A stretch of 63,880 bases of DNA, filler included, from Vezdaea acicularis (taxonomy: Eukaryota), in NCBI GenBank assembly GCA_026025075.1. It is 9 parts of 9 records of this genome, joined end to end, with 100 filler letters (N's around TTAATTAATTAA, not from the genome) between each part and the next. Parts side by side here need not be neighbours in the genome. Positions count along the whole stretch, not along the records: positions 47,036 to 53,508 come from JAPEUI010000284.1; positions 53,609 to 59,983 come from JAPEUI010000285.1; positions 60,084 to 63,880 come from JAPEUI010000310.1; 6 more parts are not named here. One strand, written 5' to 3'. Made by a program: the position numbers and the translations under genes. Position 1 is the first letter of the stretch. Each line of letters starts with the position of its first letter. The notes beneath the pieces were generated by a model that did no database searches, had not been told where the DNA came from, and saw only the letters and a program-made list of their open reading frames with translations. Below are positions 51,233 to 63,880 of this stretch, in pieces.

Positions 51233-53448
51233 TCCCTTTGTCACATCCACACATGTTGCCATCTCTGCACATGCCGCCCTCCGAAGCGCCGCACGACGAG
51301 CGAGTGGGAAATCCCATCGGTCCGGAGCCAGTTCCACACCAGCAAAAAGACGCTGCGTCGGAAACGCACAAGCATCGGCCTGCGCAACCAACAAAAAGCA
51401 CGGAAGCGCAGGAGCACAGGGACGCACCGCGAGACACAGGACAAAGCACACCTCGCACACGAGCACATTTCCTCCAACGCCTCATCGCTCTCGGCTCTGC
51501 ATCGGCCCCAGCCTCAGCGTCACGGCCGGATGCCACCTCGACGATGTCACTCCCTCGCGGCGCCATCACATCCCGAACCATCAATCATGACCCATCCTGG
51601 AGGGAACTCGTGTGAGCATCCTCCTTTGCTTCGGTGCAACAGGCGGTCAGCAGCAAGCGGATCCCGCATCAGGCGCCACGGGAAAAGCAGACGCAGACGG
51701 GGCAAATCAGCGGGCCCCTCCCCCTCCTTCGGGTCACCCTATCGCATCGAACGACGACGATGCATCATGTCGACTCGTTCGTCGGCGTCCGTCGGCGTCG
51801 TGGTCGTTCGTGAAACGGCGCCGGCCAATCACGGCGCCGCCCTTGATCTTTCTCACCCACCGAGGGATCGACTGAGTTCTGCCACACGCCATGCGCCCGC
51901 CCTGCCACGCGCTTCTGCATCGAACAAAAACCCCAAGATGGCCCTTTTTGTCTCTGAGTCCTCGCTTTCGTGCGGTCGCTTCCCTCATTCCCCCATCCTG
52001 TTCTGCGGCCATTATTCGAGACAGACGAAGAGTTTGGTGGAACGCATTTCATCTGCCGGGACCGCTTCCGGCACCGGGTCTGGATCCGAAGGTGGGAACC
52101 GTAAGGGGAGCCCTTTTTTGCTTCTTCGGAATGCAACGTGCACCGCCTCGGCAGCATTTGGCATCTTGGCCTCGTATGCAGGACCGCGCCCATCAAAAAG
52201 TACCACCGAAAATGTACGTTTAATTGACTCGGACAAAGAAGCTGCGACGCGGAATGTACCAGCTCGATCCGTGCGTCCCCCCTCCTCGGAACCTTGGAAG
52301 ACGACAAAGTCAAAGGCGTGTTTGGGGGAGAGATAGAGTTTCGCTTGGTCCGTGCCGCCACAGGATTCCCCCTCAGGTTGGCAAGCAAATGATGCGCGTC
52401 GTCGATCCGATCAGCTTCGTTCGCTTTTGGGCAGCATGACCGTTTCGACCATGGCTGGTGTTCTCATTCCTTTTTTCCCCGGCCCCCAATCCTCCCCTTC
52501 CTCCCCTATCCCGGTCTGACACTCTCAAAGGAGTAAACTTCGGAAGAGCTGTTTGCTCATCCAATACCAAGGTAACGGCTGAGTGAGTCGGCTGGGCCGC
52601 ACGACATCTTACATCTTCCTTTGAACCCGAGCTATGCATTACGTAGGAAGCGGGTTTGGGAAGACGATAGGAAGTTTATTAAAGAGCTTTGATTGGACGG
52701 GCCGGGGTGGAACAACCGCCGGGTGGAGCTGCGAGAAGCGACGGATCGTCGTCTTAGCCGATTCTGCTCATCCCACCCTTTCTTTCGAATCCTCAAAAGG
52801 TATCGTGGAATATGGAATATGGAGACGAGATGAGATATTTTTTCCAACTCAACCCACACGCCTATCCCCACAAAAATGCTGGATTTCGTTGAGATGGGCG
52901 GCATACTACGGGCTTGGCGGCCTCCTCCTGACGTGCACTCGCGTGTAAAATGGTTCTTTTCATTATCGGATACAAGGGAAGGTTCTACAATCCTCTCCTC
53001 GCGCACCACCCTAGCACTCTCGATCAGCACCGTCCGCCGCCACTACATAATGACGGGTGAAGCGACTTCCCTCCCTCGCGATGACTAATACCGCTCAATC
53101 TCAGCCGAAAGCAAAGAAACGTATGGAGGCGTAATGTACCGGTGCGGCTTGACACTGCCCCTTTCTTCGTGCTACTGTACAGTATCACTACGGAGAAGGC
53201 GGAACTGAGAGATGCGTGGGTTGATCGGTTTGTGGACTTTCGCTTCGGTGGAGCCCGGCCAATAAACCTGAAAAGGGGGGGCTCAACGGGGTAAATTCGG
53301 TAGGGAGGTTCGGGAGTAGGGTTCATACCCTCCCCTCCCCTCCTGTACACATATTACACAACCCCTCTTTACCATCTCCATCACCTATCCGCAGGAAGAA
53401 GAACCAGAATAGACCCAGACCAGCCCGAGCGGAAGGGTGATACTGTAC

Positions 53449-53508
<60 letters not shown>

Positions 53509-53608
53509 NNNNNNNNNNNNNNNNNNNNNNNNNNNNNNNNNNNNNNNNNNNNTTAATTAATTAANNNNNNNNNNNNNNNNNNNNNNNNNNNNNNNNNNNN
53601 NNNNNNNN

Positions 53609-56600
53609 CCACCGATGAAATCGCTCCATCGACGAACCTCGCCGGGTATCTCACCCTCCTTCTTCGGCAGCTTTTGGTTCATACATTGGGCGAAGAGGAC
53701 GGCTGTCTACAACATAAGTCAGCACGACATTATCCTTCAACTCGTATAAGGGAACGAGAAGATAATAATGAAGCATACCTTAGGTTCCATAAACAACGGC
53801 ACTCCAAAGTCCACCGCATTGCGCCTCATGACATAATCCTCATCTAGCAAACTCTTCGCGCGCGCTTTAGCAAGATTGAAGACACCTCTGATATCATACT
53901 TCTTGAATACCTCTCTCAGAGCCCTCTTATCTTGCTTCGGGAACTCAATGACCTCTACTAATACATCACCTTTGGCTTCTGATTCTATCTTTTGCTTGAC
54001 CTCCTCGCTAGCGGCATACAGCTTGTAGCCTAGCGGCGATAAATAGTCGACGATTTGGACGATATCGGTCCTGGATAGCTCACCGCCGAATAGCAGACCT
54101 TCACCTGGCTGGGGGAGGCGGAAGTTCATCGTTGACTGTAAGCTTGCCCAGTACGCCTCTACAAGATCTTTGCCGAAGCAAGCAATCTCGCCCGTACTGC
54201 TCATTTCAACACCAAGGAAGGGATCTGCACCGGCCAAACGGGTCCACGAGAATTGTGGTACCTTCGTAGCAAGATAATCGCGTTTAACGGCCATCAGATC
54301 TGTAGGCTCAGGAACATCACGGCCCACAAGAGCCTTCGTCGCGACGTCAATGAAGTTTGTACCGAGGACTTTGCTTACAAAAGGGAATGAACGGGAGGCG
54401 CGCAGGTTGCATTCAATGACCTTAAGGGCGGGTTCACCGCCATTGGGGTCTTCTGCTTTGATGATCTGCATATTGAAGGGACCTGTGATACTCCATGCCT
54501 TAGCGACCTTGACGGCGATCTCTTTGACGCGCGCCATGGTGGCCTCATCCAATGTTGAGGGCGGAAGGATGAGGGTGGCATCACCTGAGTGGACGCCAGC
54601 ATTTTCGACATGCTCGCTGATGGCGTGCACAATCAGCTTGCCGTTGGAGCCGACGGCATCGACATCAATCTCCATGGCACCTTCAATGAATTTGGTAATG
54701 ACGACAGGATAATCTGGTGAGACTTGGCTGGCTGAGAGAAGCTTCTCCTCCAATTCATCTTGACTCCAGATGACGTTCATTGCAGCGCCAGACAGGACGT
54801 AACTAGGTCGGACCAAGACAGGGTATTTGACTTCATCAGCGAAAGCTTTGGCGTCAACGACTGATGTCAGCTCCTTCCAAGCTGGCTGATCAACTCCAAT
54901 ATCATCCAGAATCTGAGAGAACTTATGTCGATCCTCGGCTTTATCAATATCCTTCGGATCGGTTCCAAGAACCTTAGCCTTACCAGTCTCTTGTAGGCGG
55001 AGCGCAATGTTCTGCGGTAATTGGCCACCGACCGATACTACAACGCCGCTTGCAGACTCCAACTCGTAGATATCCATGACTCGCTCGTAGCTTAGTTCCT
55101 CGAAATAGAGCTTATCCGCAGTGTCAAAGTCTGTCGAGTAAGTCTCGGGATTATAGTTGATCATCACGGTCTTCTTTCCCATTTCCTTTAAGGCAAGCGT
55201 AGCACTGACTGCACACCAATCGAACTCGACTGAGCTACCGATTCGATAAACACCGCTTCCAAGGACGATAATTCCGTGGTCATCGAAGCTGACATCATGC
55301 GACGTTGCATTGTATGTGGTGTAGAGATAGTTGGTATCTGCAGGGAATTCGGCGGCCAGTGTATCAATCTTCTTGACAAATGGAGTAATACCAAATCCTT
55401 TCCTTCGAGCCCGGACTTCGTCTTCGCCGCTCCCAACACAATTAGCAATTTGCTTATCACAGAAGCCCATCTTTTTAGCTTTCATGATAAGATCCTTCTT
55501 CAAGCCAAATAGACTGCCAACTTCCTCCAACTCGCGATAGCAGTCTACGATGTTTTGTAACTTGAACAAAAACCATTTGTCAATCTTTGTCAGTTCATGG
55601 ACCTTCTCTACTGAATAGTTCTCGTGCAGCATCGCCTGTCCAACAGCCAACCACCTCCGATCCGTTGGGTTCTTCAAAACCTTATCAAGGTCTTCGAATT
55701 TGTCACCCTGGAATCCGAGAAACCTGGGATCTACTTGACGGATGGCCTTTTGGATTGATTCCTCGAAAGTACGGCCAATGGCCATGACCTCTCCAACAGA
55801 CTTCATTGAGCTGCCAATATCTCGTTTTACATGCTGGAACTTGCTTAGGTCCCACCTTGGTATTTTAGTGACGATATAGTCTAAACTTGGTTCGAAGTTT
55901 GCGGTTGTTGTCTTAGTGACGGCATTCGGGAGTTCAGGTAGTGTGTGACCTAGGCCAATCTTTGCCGCGGTATACGCCAACGGATAACCCGTAGCCTTTG
56001 AGGCAAGAGCTGAAGAACGGGACAGACGAGCATTAACCTCAATGACGCGATAGTCTAAACCATCTGGTTGTAGAGCATATTGAACGTTGCATTCCCCAAC
56101 AACGCCTAGATGTCGCACAATCTTGATTGCTGCAGATCGTAGCATGTGATACTCCTCGTCGGACAGCGTCTGACTGGGAGCAACGACGATGCTGTCTCCG
56201 GTGTGAATGCCTAGTGGGTCGAAATTTTCCATATTACAAACCGTGATACAGTTATTAGCAGCATCTCTAACGACTTCATATTCCACCTCCTTCCAACCCT
56301 TAAGAGACTTTTCGACCAGTATTTGAGGCGACAGGGATAAAGAGCTTGACGAGAGATTCTTCAGTTCTTCCTCATTTGTTGCGAATCCAGATCCCAGACC
56401 TCCTAAGGCATAAGCTGATCGTACTATTATAGGATAACCAATCTTTTCCGCTGCTTTGAGAGCATCCTCAGTGGTTCCGACAGCGATAGACTCGGCAATT
56501 GGGATGTCAATTTCTATATTAAGATAATTAGCTCAAAGCCCTTGTTGAGCAATCAAAGATCAGAGCGAGTATAGAAGACACACCGTTTAGAGCTTTTGCA

Positions 56601-57379
56601 AATAGGTCCCGATCCTCACTAGTCTCTAGAGTTTTGATGCTGGTCCCTAACACCTTCACCCCGTATCGATCAAATATGCCCATTCTGTTCATCTGTACTC
56701 CTAGGTTGAGGCCCGTCTGGCCTCCAAACGTCAAGAGCACACCATCCGGCTGTTCTCGCTCAATAACATATGTGACATATTCAGGGGTAACTGGGAGGTA
56801 GTAGACCTCATCTGCTAGCACGTGCGAAGTTTGAATAGTTGCAATGTTCGGATTCACGAGGACAGACTTTACGCCTGCCTCTTTTAAGGCTTTTAGGGCC
56901 TGCGAACCTGTGTTGCAAAGTCAGGTCAAGTAAGCAGAATCAGATATGGGATTGTGTTATGAAACGTCATCTTAGAGCTGGACTCGGTTCATATATTGAG
57001 CCCGACAAGCCAAGACATGCCGATCGTTTGTAGACCCAACGGTGATTATAGCTTCAATTCACTAACCAGAGTAATCAAACTCTCCTGCCTGCCCTATACT
57101 AAGGCCTCCACTGCCAATGACCAGCACTTTTTTCACATCGACTAGATTTCTCCCGCCGGCAATGGCACCACTGGCGAGGTATGCCTTGGCGCTTGGCGCT
57201 TCCTGGCTGCTGACACATCGAGTTGAGGTTCCCGTGAAGTGCCGGACTGGTCGATGCGAGGCGAAGGTGGGCTTTTGGGAAGTCCTAAGTGCAATTGACA
57301 ATCGTGGGGCAGCGCGAGTAGACAAGGTGTGTAAGCACGCAATGGATGATCGGCCAACCAAACGGCCGGTCAGAGCCAT
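53609..57379 (-). CDS. CPA2: Arginine-specific carbamoyl-phosphate synthetase large chain with mitochondrial presequence; last codons cut by contig end
   Basis: Arg/Ser-rich presequence, [60 protein letters not shown]. Ends after the MGS domain with no DHO/ATC fusion. Confidence 0.96.
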
Positions 57380-57899
57380 CCTGGTGGTGAGAGGGGATTT
57401 GAGGATAGCAAGCTGGTCTGAAATACCCAATTGAGGTCATTCAACAGCCTTGCATACCATAAAAATGAGCGTGAGGAGTTGCTGGAAGGTTTTGAAGATA
57501 TAGGCAAGTGGGCATAAAAATATTTTGGAGGGTCCGCTATGAATTTGCCGGTACGTGCGCCAAGAGTTTGCTCTTTTTAGTGGTAGCGGCCCCACTTCCG
57601 GCAGAACGATCGGACTGCTGAGACCTGCGAGAAAAGTCGTGGGCGGTTGCTGTGACCATGCTACGGAGACCCAAGTCGTGATTGAATGCAGGGATTAGAA
57701 AATTTCATTGAGCACATGCGATCAACATGATGCACGAGCACGCAAAGGCCACCAAGCCACCAATCCTTGCCCTGTGTCCACCGATGTGTAAGGTGAAGGA
57801 GCACAGCAGATTGTCAAGATTGATGAATATTCTGGAGTAGCGATATAAGTCGTGCATGCTATGCTATGTTAAGTTGTAAGATTTAATATGCTTGTGATG

Positions 57900-59546
57900 T
57901 TACAAGTCTCCTATTAACCCTATTTTTCCATTGAGCCTGCTCCATAAACCATCACCTTTATGAGGTTTTGATTTCGAACCTTTATGGTTCCGAGTTTGCG
58001 CACTCTCTATAGCCCAGTCATCGTACTTGTTGTTGGCTTGGGCGTATTCTGTTTCTCCACCCGATCTGCTCTCTCCGATGAGCCCTTTTAGCTCTAAGAC
58101 GAGCGCTTCTGCGCGATTGATTCTCTCTGACCCTTCGCGCACTCGTTCTCGAACATAACCATCATGACTCTCGGTAGCAGCAGAAGACGCGAATGCCCAT
58201 GCTCGTGCTTTGTCCATGGCCTCATCTCCACCAGTGGTTTTTGACTCCGCTGTAAGAGTGGGAGTTCCCATAGCTCTAGCTGCAAATGTAGTGGCATTGT
58301 TGAAGCCCGGACGTCTAACTAGAAGTGGATAGGCGGGGAGAAGGTGACTCTCATGTGCAGACTTATCTAAGCTTTGAAGAGTTGTTCGTTGTTGCTTTGC
58401 AAGACTCGTACTGATATGCGATTTCTGTTGCAACAAAAGCTTTTGAGATGATAGTAACAGAAATAGTTGTTCGCCAAGATTAAGAAAAGCGGAAGCAGTA
58501 GGCCCTGGTCTTGCAAGTTCGCCAACCTCTTTTACGCTGGCCTGTCGTAAAGCCAGCCTTCCGGTCTTCTCAGTATCATTGCCCAGGTCCAAACCTACCG
58601 ATGGCGAAACCTGAAAGATCTCCCTTCTAATGCGAACATATTCAGCGTAGGATTGTCGAATGTTCTCAACAGATGTTTCGGGCCGTCCAGTATCTGATGA
58701 TGGCTTGAACCTAATGTCCAGGCCATCATCTAGAGTGTGACTTGATTTTGCAAGTTCGCCTTCAATCCAGGCTATCAATTCGTTTCTTGTCCTCCCCAAG
58801 GCACCTGACTTCTCTGATTTAGAGCTACATCTGGCATTATCATATGAGCGTGTACCCGCCCGCTTTGACTTTAGTTTGGAGAGTAACTGCCTTTCGTTCT
58901 CCAAGTTTTGTTTGGCCTTCAGGACAGCCCTCTCAAGCCGCTCCAAGATCTCATCCGCGTTCGCCTCCTCGGTTTGAACACCGACCATGGCTTGAATGGC
59001 TCCTGGTGGTAATTGTGGTAGCGGAGATAAATCGCTGAACATCTGGTCGTGGTCTAGATATTTTGAATTCGCAGGAAATTTTCGGGTCAATATTTCCGTG
59101 TAGTCTTGTAGGATCCGTAATCTTTCATATCTTTTCCTCTCATGAAGCAACTCAAGATATTCAGGCAGCACAGTACCTGAATCGCCGAGTTGTTCACTCA
59201 AATCATCTCTACTCTTGAATCTGGCCATGTCTGGCAAGCAGGCAGGATCCTGAGCCAGCAACGCCTCGTGCTCTTTCCTTACCCTTAGATTAGCCTGCAG
59301 GACTTTTAAATATTGTTTTCGTAACCCATTGAACTCAGAAGGAATTTTCCGGACACCGACATTTCTGTCAGCGCTGGACAAGAAATACATGCCGCCATGG
59401 ACCGCATTGTCAATATCAATTTGATTTTGAAGAAAGGTCGTGATGATTCGTCGAACTTTCAAGCTCTCCTCGCGGGACTTGATGAAAGGCTCCAATGCTC
59501 GCTGGACCTGTGGCAAAGCTAGGCCATGTTCTTGGCTATCATCCAT
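57900..59546 (-). CDS. Hypothetical helical/coiled-coil protein, 548 aa, single exon
   Basis: Uninterrupted ATG-to-stop ORF with heptad-like segments (LERLERAVLKAKQNLENERQLL). Divergent from BRR2. Confidence 0.75.
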   Translation of the reverse strand: MDDSQEHGLALPQVQRALEPFIKSREESLKVRRIITTFLQNQIDIDNAVHGGMYFLSSADRNVGVRKIPSEFNGLRKQYLKVLQANLRVRKEHEALLAQDPACLPDMARFKSRDDLSEQLGDSGTVLPEYLELLHERKRYERLRILQDYTEILTRKFPANSKYLDHDQMFSDLSPLPQLPPGAIQAMVGVQTEEANADEILERLERAVLKAKQNLENERQLLSKLKSKRAGTRSYDNARCSSKSEKSGALGRTRNELIAWIEGELAKSSHTLDDGLDIRFKPSSDTGRPETSVENIRQSYAEYVRIRREIFQVSPSVGLDLGNDTEKTGRLALRQASVKEVGELARPGPTASAFLNLGEQLFLLLSSQKLLLQQKSHISTSLAKQQRTTLQSLDKSAHESHLLPAYPLLVRRPGFNNATTFAARAMGTPTLTAESKTTGGDEAMDKARAWAFASSAATESHDGYVRERVREGSERINRAEALVLELKGLIGESRSGGETEYAQANNKYDDWAIESAQTRNHKGSKSKPHKGDGLWSRLNGKIGLIGDL

Positions 59547-59884
59547 ACTAGGGATCAGATATTTCTACACGCTCCCTCATGGTTTCATGGTTTCAGAATT
59601 GCGAAGGTTGATGCCCTGTATGTCAACATCGCTTCGATGCATTAGTCGCGATAGGCTAAGCCACAATACGCTAATACTTTAGCGTGGGGAGGCTAGCATA
59701 CCCTGTCAACAAAATTCGAGCTTCTCTGCGCTGAAAGGTCAGGATTCGATACTGAAAGGTAACTATCCCACTACAGAAGACAGCAGAGGCACGCAATAGA
59801 GGTACACAAGTGTATTACTTTTGGGACTTGTCGCATCATATCTGCGCTCTAAGTGTTCGACAAAACGAAGGGTTAACCACCAAA

Positions 59885-59983
59885 ATGGCGGACCATTTCG
59901 ATGTCTCGAAATACAAGTACGCGGCGATGTCCAACCTGGTCCTCCAGGCGGACCGCCGTTTTGTCACACGCCGCAACGATGAA
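59885..59983 (+). CDS. BRR2: U5 snRNP helicase Brr2, N-terminal fragment
   Basis: YKYAAMSNLVLQADRRF is the characteristic Brr2/SNRNP200 N-terminus. Confidence 0.85.
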
Positions 59984-61309
59984 NNNNNNNNNNNNNNNNN
60001 NNNNNNNNNNNNNNNNNNNNNNNNNNNTTAATTAATTAANNNNNNNNNNNNNNNNNNNNNNNNNNNNNNNNNNNNNNNNNNNNAGAGGGTGGGTGGAGTA
60101 GAAATAGATTTGGCTGATTTGATGGAATGGGTGGAATACATGTGTAGTGCTCAAATAATATACACCCCTATCGCCGTATGGTTACTGTTATTTTGGAGTC
60201 TTATTATCCTCTAGGTTGGAGAAAGCCTACCACAGCTGGGGGAATCTTAACCGGTAAAGGTCGAGTGCGACGTGGCTAGGCGCAACAAAGCATGCGGGAG
60301 ACTCCAAGCCAAAGTCTATTCACAAGCAGGACTGTGATCGATTGGTGATTCACCTTCTATGAACCATTTTCATCTAAGTCTTGTGGAAAAGGTAATCATA
60401 ACACGGCGAAGAGATGCTTCAGTTTCTCATCCGTATATCTGCTGGTAGGAGGAATCTTTATTCTTCGCAATAGAGAGCGAAGGTTTTGGTATGCTCATCA
60501 TGCTACAGTACTGAGGATAAATATACAACAAAAGGTACCCGACCTGTTTTACAGGGTTCAGACAAGCCCAAGCACTTTCTTAAAATAATCGCGCAAGATG
60601 CTCAGTTGCACTGGGGCGTGTAAAGGAGGATCCAATGTAGTACCTTGAAGAAAGTAAACAACAATAATCAAACAAGAATAAGGAAAATCCGAGTATAGAC
60701 TTGGACCTAGAAATGCGGTGAAAATTAAATTCGGGTTAGGAGTGCAGAAATACGACTCGTTTACACGTCTCTACAGCGCATATCGATTCAATTAGAATGT
60801 ATATTGCTGATAAATAATATTAATTATAAAACTCGATATAAGATAGAAAATATATATATTTGACGTTATTTAAAAGGAAAGAATAACAATAATTTTATCA
60901 CTTCAACTGTCAAACTCGTTGAGAGACATATTCAACATAATGGTGTATGCCCTTTAGTTAAGTATATCTTTCGTTATATATCTTGATCATTTGATATGAT
61001 TTTGTCTATCAAGCCTGATTACGTGTGAAGTGATCATAGATAATTAGTCTTGAGTGAGGTACCCGAGCAAGGTAAAGGTACTGAGATCAATGCGGGCGCC
61101 GAGATTATTACTGCCGTAAACGCATGCGATCAGCTTTGACGTTTATTCAGCACATGGTGTATGCGCAGGCTTTCCCTCTTCATACTAGGAACAGAGTAAA
61201 CATGATTTTATCCCTTAGCTAGAAGAGTGTCGCAACTCGTGTGCGGTTACGATGAACCTTCTTTCTTGATCTCTTTCCTTCGTTTCAAAGTAGCACACAA
61301 GCTATTAAC

Positions 61310-63348
61310 ATGGATCATCAACATATTGCAAGGTCCGAGAAAGTGCCCACTAAAGATGTCAACGAGGCCGTGCAGAAAGCTTGCCAGAGGGGAAATTATG
61401 CCGAAGCTGTGGAAGAATTGGACTCAGTGAGCCGTGGATTGCACTACTACGCCTATACATGAAGCTAACTCTGGAATTCCGGCGCTCGAAAAACGCGGTG
61501 ATGATATTCTGGCTCTGCTTGATGCCCGTGCATCTTTGCACCAAAGGCTGGGCAATTCCAAGGCAGCTGTGTCAGACTGCAGGACAATGCTGCGGCTGGA
61601 ACCCTCAAACGCACGGGTTTGTCCTATGCTTGACCAATCTAATAGAGAATGCAACTGATTCAGATAGGGCTACCTTCGATCTGGCAGAGTTTTGCTGCAG
61701 AATAAGCAAATTATACAGGCTATGAAGATGTACGAGCGTGGTATTCAGAAGGTTTCAGCAGATGATCCGGGTCTTCAGGTCACATAAACCTAAGCAATAC
61801 TAATAGTCTTTGTCACTGATAGAAGCAGGTTCTTCAACAGATGCTACTTAAAGTGACGCATAAAGTAGGTGGGGGAGAGAGGAAAGATCCACTAGACTTG
61901 CTTCCAATCGAATTAATTCTAAATGTCTTCACTTTATTGGATATAACGTCACTCTGGTAAGCCTCTATACATTTAATTTGCCTGAAATTGAGGCCTGATG
62001 ATAGATATCAGCCGTTGTCTGCGAGTGTCACAAAGCTGGAATACCTACTTGCGTAATGAGTCAACACTTTGGCGTACCCTTGACCTTAGAGCTACTCGAA
62101 AAAGAGTTAGTCTCAAAGGCTTGAGATCTTTCCTTCAACGCTCGAAAGGACTCGCAGAAACCTTGATTGTAGGCGACGTAACAAGCACAGGCATATCTAC
62201 CGGCATGGATGGTTCAGCAATCAAAACCCTCGTAAAACACTGTCCACGCCTGCAGCATTTGGAAGTTTTCCGCAGTATAAAAGACTCTCATATCGTTGAG
62301 TGCGCAAAACTTGCGCCACTGCTGACCAGAATAGTTATCTGCGCTAGCTGTCCGGTGGACGTAGAATCGCTCTGCTGCATACTTGATAATTCACCAAACC
62401 TCGTGCATGCTGAGTTTTGTCATGTACGTGACCCTAGCACTAATAACAATTTTGCTTGGGGGAAAAATGTCCTCAAGTTAAAACACCTGAGTTTGGAAGC
62501 TGGACCAAAACGCCATGCTATTGAATTGACTGGCCTTGCATTGGTAACACCCCTCTGGGCTTCTCAAAACAGTGTTATAGTGCTGACTAAGTCGATAGCC
62601 AAAGCTATTTCCCTTAATGCCAGAGCTGGAAACCTTCAAGCTCATTAACTGGTACGGGATCTCACTATTCGCCGACCAAGATCTTGATTTCTCTAGCCTC
62701 AAGAAGCTCAGGAACCTTGAGATCGACGTCGATCGTCTCAATTACTGGCCTCCCGCTCTCCCGCAGAGCTTGGAAAGTCTACGAATCCGCCGTGGTTATC
62801 GCATATGCTTCGGATTGCGAAACGATATTCTCTGGGCTGGTTTTGATATCACCCTTTTATCGATGAACTTCTCCGCTCTGGAATCCCTTGATCTTGAAGG
62901 GGTAGTGATGAATGATATAAGACTTTTCGAGAGGATGTTCAGCACGTGTTCTTTCTCACTCCGTCGGTTGTTTTTAAACTCATGCACTTTCCCTAAGGCA
63001 GTCATGCTAGTCCAGAAACTCGTTGAGATGGGCATTCTCCAGAATCTCACACATCTAAATCTTGAGAGCTTTCCTGATTTTGGTGACGATGCAGCAGGCA
63101 TCTTCATTGACGGAGCACCGGCCCTCACGCACGCCAATTTCTCTGGGGCCCCAAATCTCACTGGATGCGGTGTGAAGGACTTGGTTCTGAAGAAGGGCGC
63201 AAAGCTCATTGAGCTGAACCTTGTCTTGTGTGACAACGTTTCGATTGACGCCATTGAGTGGGCCGGGGAGCAAGGAGTCAAGGTCCATGGACGCTTTCAG
63301 AGGTATAGTGAATATCCCGCTGCGACAAAGGTACGACTGAGTCGATAG
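61310..63348 (+). CDS. TPR + F-box + LRR protein (Dia2/Pof3-like), multi-exon, first intron anomalous
   Basis: TPR: GNYAEAVE..LLDARASLHQRLG..AVSDCRTMLRLEPSNAR|GYLRSGRVL. F-box: DPLDLLPIELILNVFTLL..|CRCLRVSQSW. LRR-like C-terminus ending LTGCGVKDLV..LNLVLCDNVSIDAIEWA. Confidence 0.8.
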
Positions 63349-63880
63349 CCCGTCCTTGACAGGCTAGTATGTCCTTTACGCTATTGAACCACCAAGTCAA
63401 CCCGCTAGGGCCGGCTTGGGGTGCAATCAACATCTTCGTAAATGGTCTGCTAGCCGGGCCTCTCCGTATGATTATCACATATGGATACATCCGCGCCGGG
63501 ATCATTGGAGTGATCTAGAGCCTAGGTGATGTAACTTATGTCGGCGTCTTTGATATGCTCTACGGCGATCTCGCTCACGTTCTTCTGTTGTAATCCGGAC
63601 ACGGCGAGATGCTCGATCAGCCCCTAAATCTCACTATGTGACCAGCTCATATCGGAAGGTCAGGCTGCACGGGGCGGAAGGAGATGCGTACGTGAGTGAT
63701 ACTCGTATACCAAACTACTTCGATTTTATTCAGACCCTCCAGTCGACTGTGACCTGGGATCGCTCAAGGTCACACGGCAAGTAGAGGATGCTGAACATGT
63801 TGTGACATTGTGCAAATTGCGCCATACCCACAGATCACTGATGTCGAAACTCAACGTTTGACGGTTCTAACTCAACCACG

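Noticed and set aside
51005..52336. 443-aa ORF and many overlapping ORFs at 35-38 kb and 49-53 kb
   Set aside because: Arg/Ser/Ala/Pro-rich, runs through microsatellites and has no motifs. Expected by chance in GC-rich DNA.
53451..53508. Poly-C and poly-G runs at contig ends (also 8572-8593)
   Set aside because: Likely the cause or an artefact of assembly breaks; their lengths are unreliable.
8472..60083. Recurrent TTAATTAATTAA flanked by Ns, and apparent gene clustering across them
   Set aside because: Assembly concatenation linker. Contigs are size-sorted, so cross-linker adjacency is not biological.
60780..61020. AT-rich patch as a RIP-decayed transposon
   Set aside because: Short, with no terminal repeats or transposase/RT remnants visible.

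Overview
Filamentous ascomycete (Pezizomycotina) genomic DNA with short GT-AG introns and CTRAY branch sites. The window is not one locus. It is nine unrelated contigs joined by artificial N44-TTAATTAATTAA-N44 linkers and ordered by decreasing length, so neighbourhoods across linkers mean nothing. Recognisable genes: DUF3292 membrane protein, D-2-hydroxyacid dehydrogenase, an alpha/beta-hydrolase-patatin fusion, a DHDPS-family aldolase (partial), WDR26/GID7, VMA1, VPS1 (partial), an MFS sugar porter, a CHS7-like protein, SSL1, QNG1, POLD4, a ccg-6-like GPI wall protein, a TM-SH3 protein, NAF1, ALG9 (partial), CPA2, BRR2 (partial), a TPR-F-box-LRR gene and several hypothetical proteins. Three observations stand out. 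(1) A non-coding array of four ~94-bp multi-block conserved units at 159-182 bp spacing lies upstream of SSL1. (2) A catalytically dead SesB-like hydrolase is fused to an intact patatin lipase with no NOD domain. (3) The first intron of the Dia2/Pof3-like gene has no usable AG acceptor. All identifications are by eye from motifs; no searches were run.
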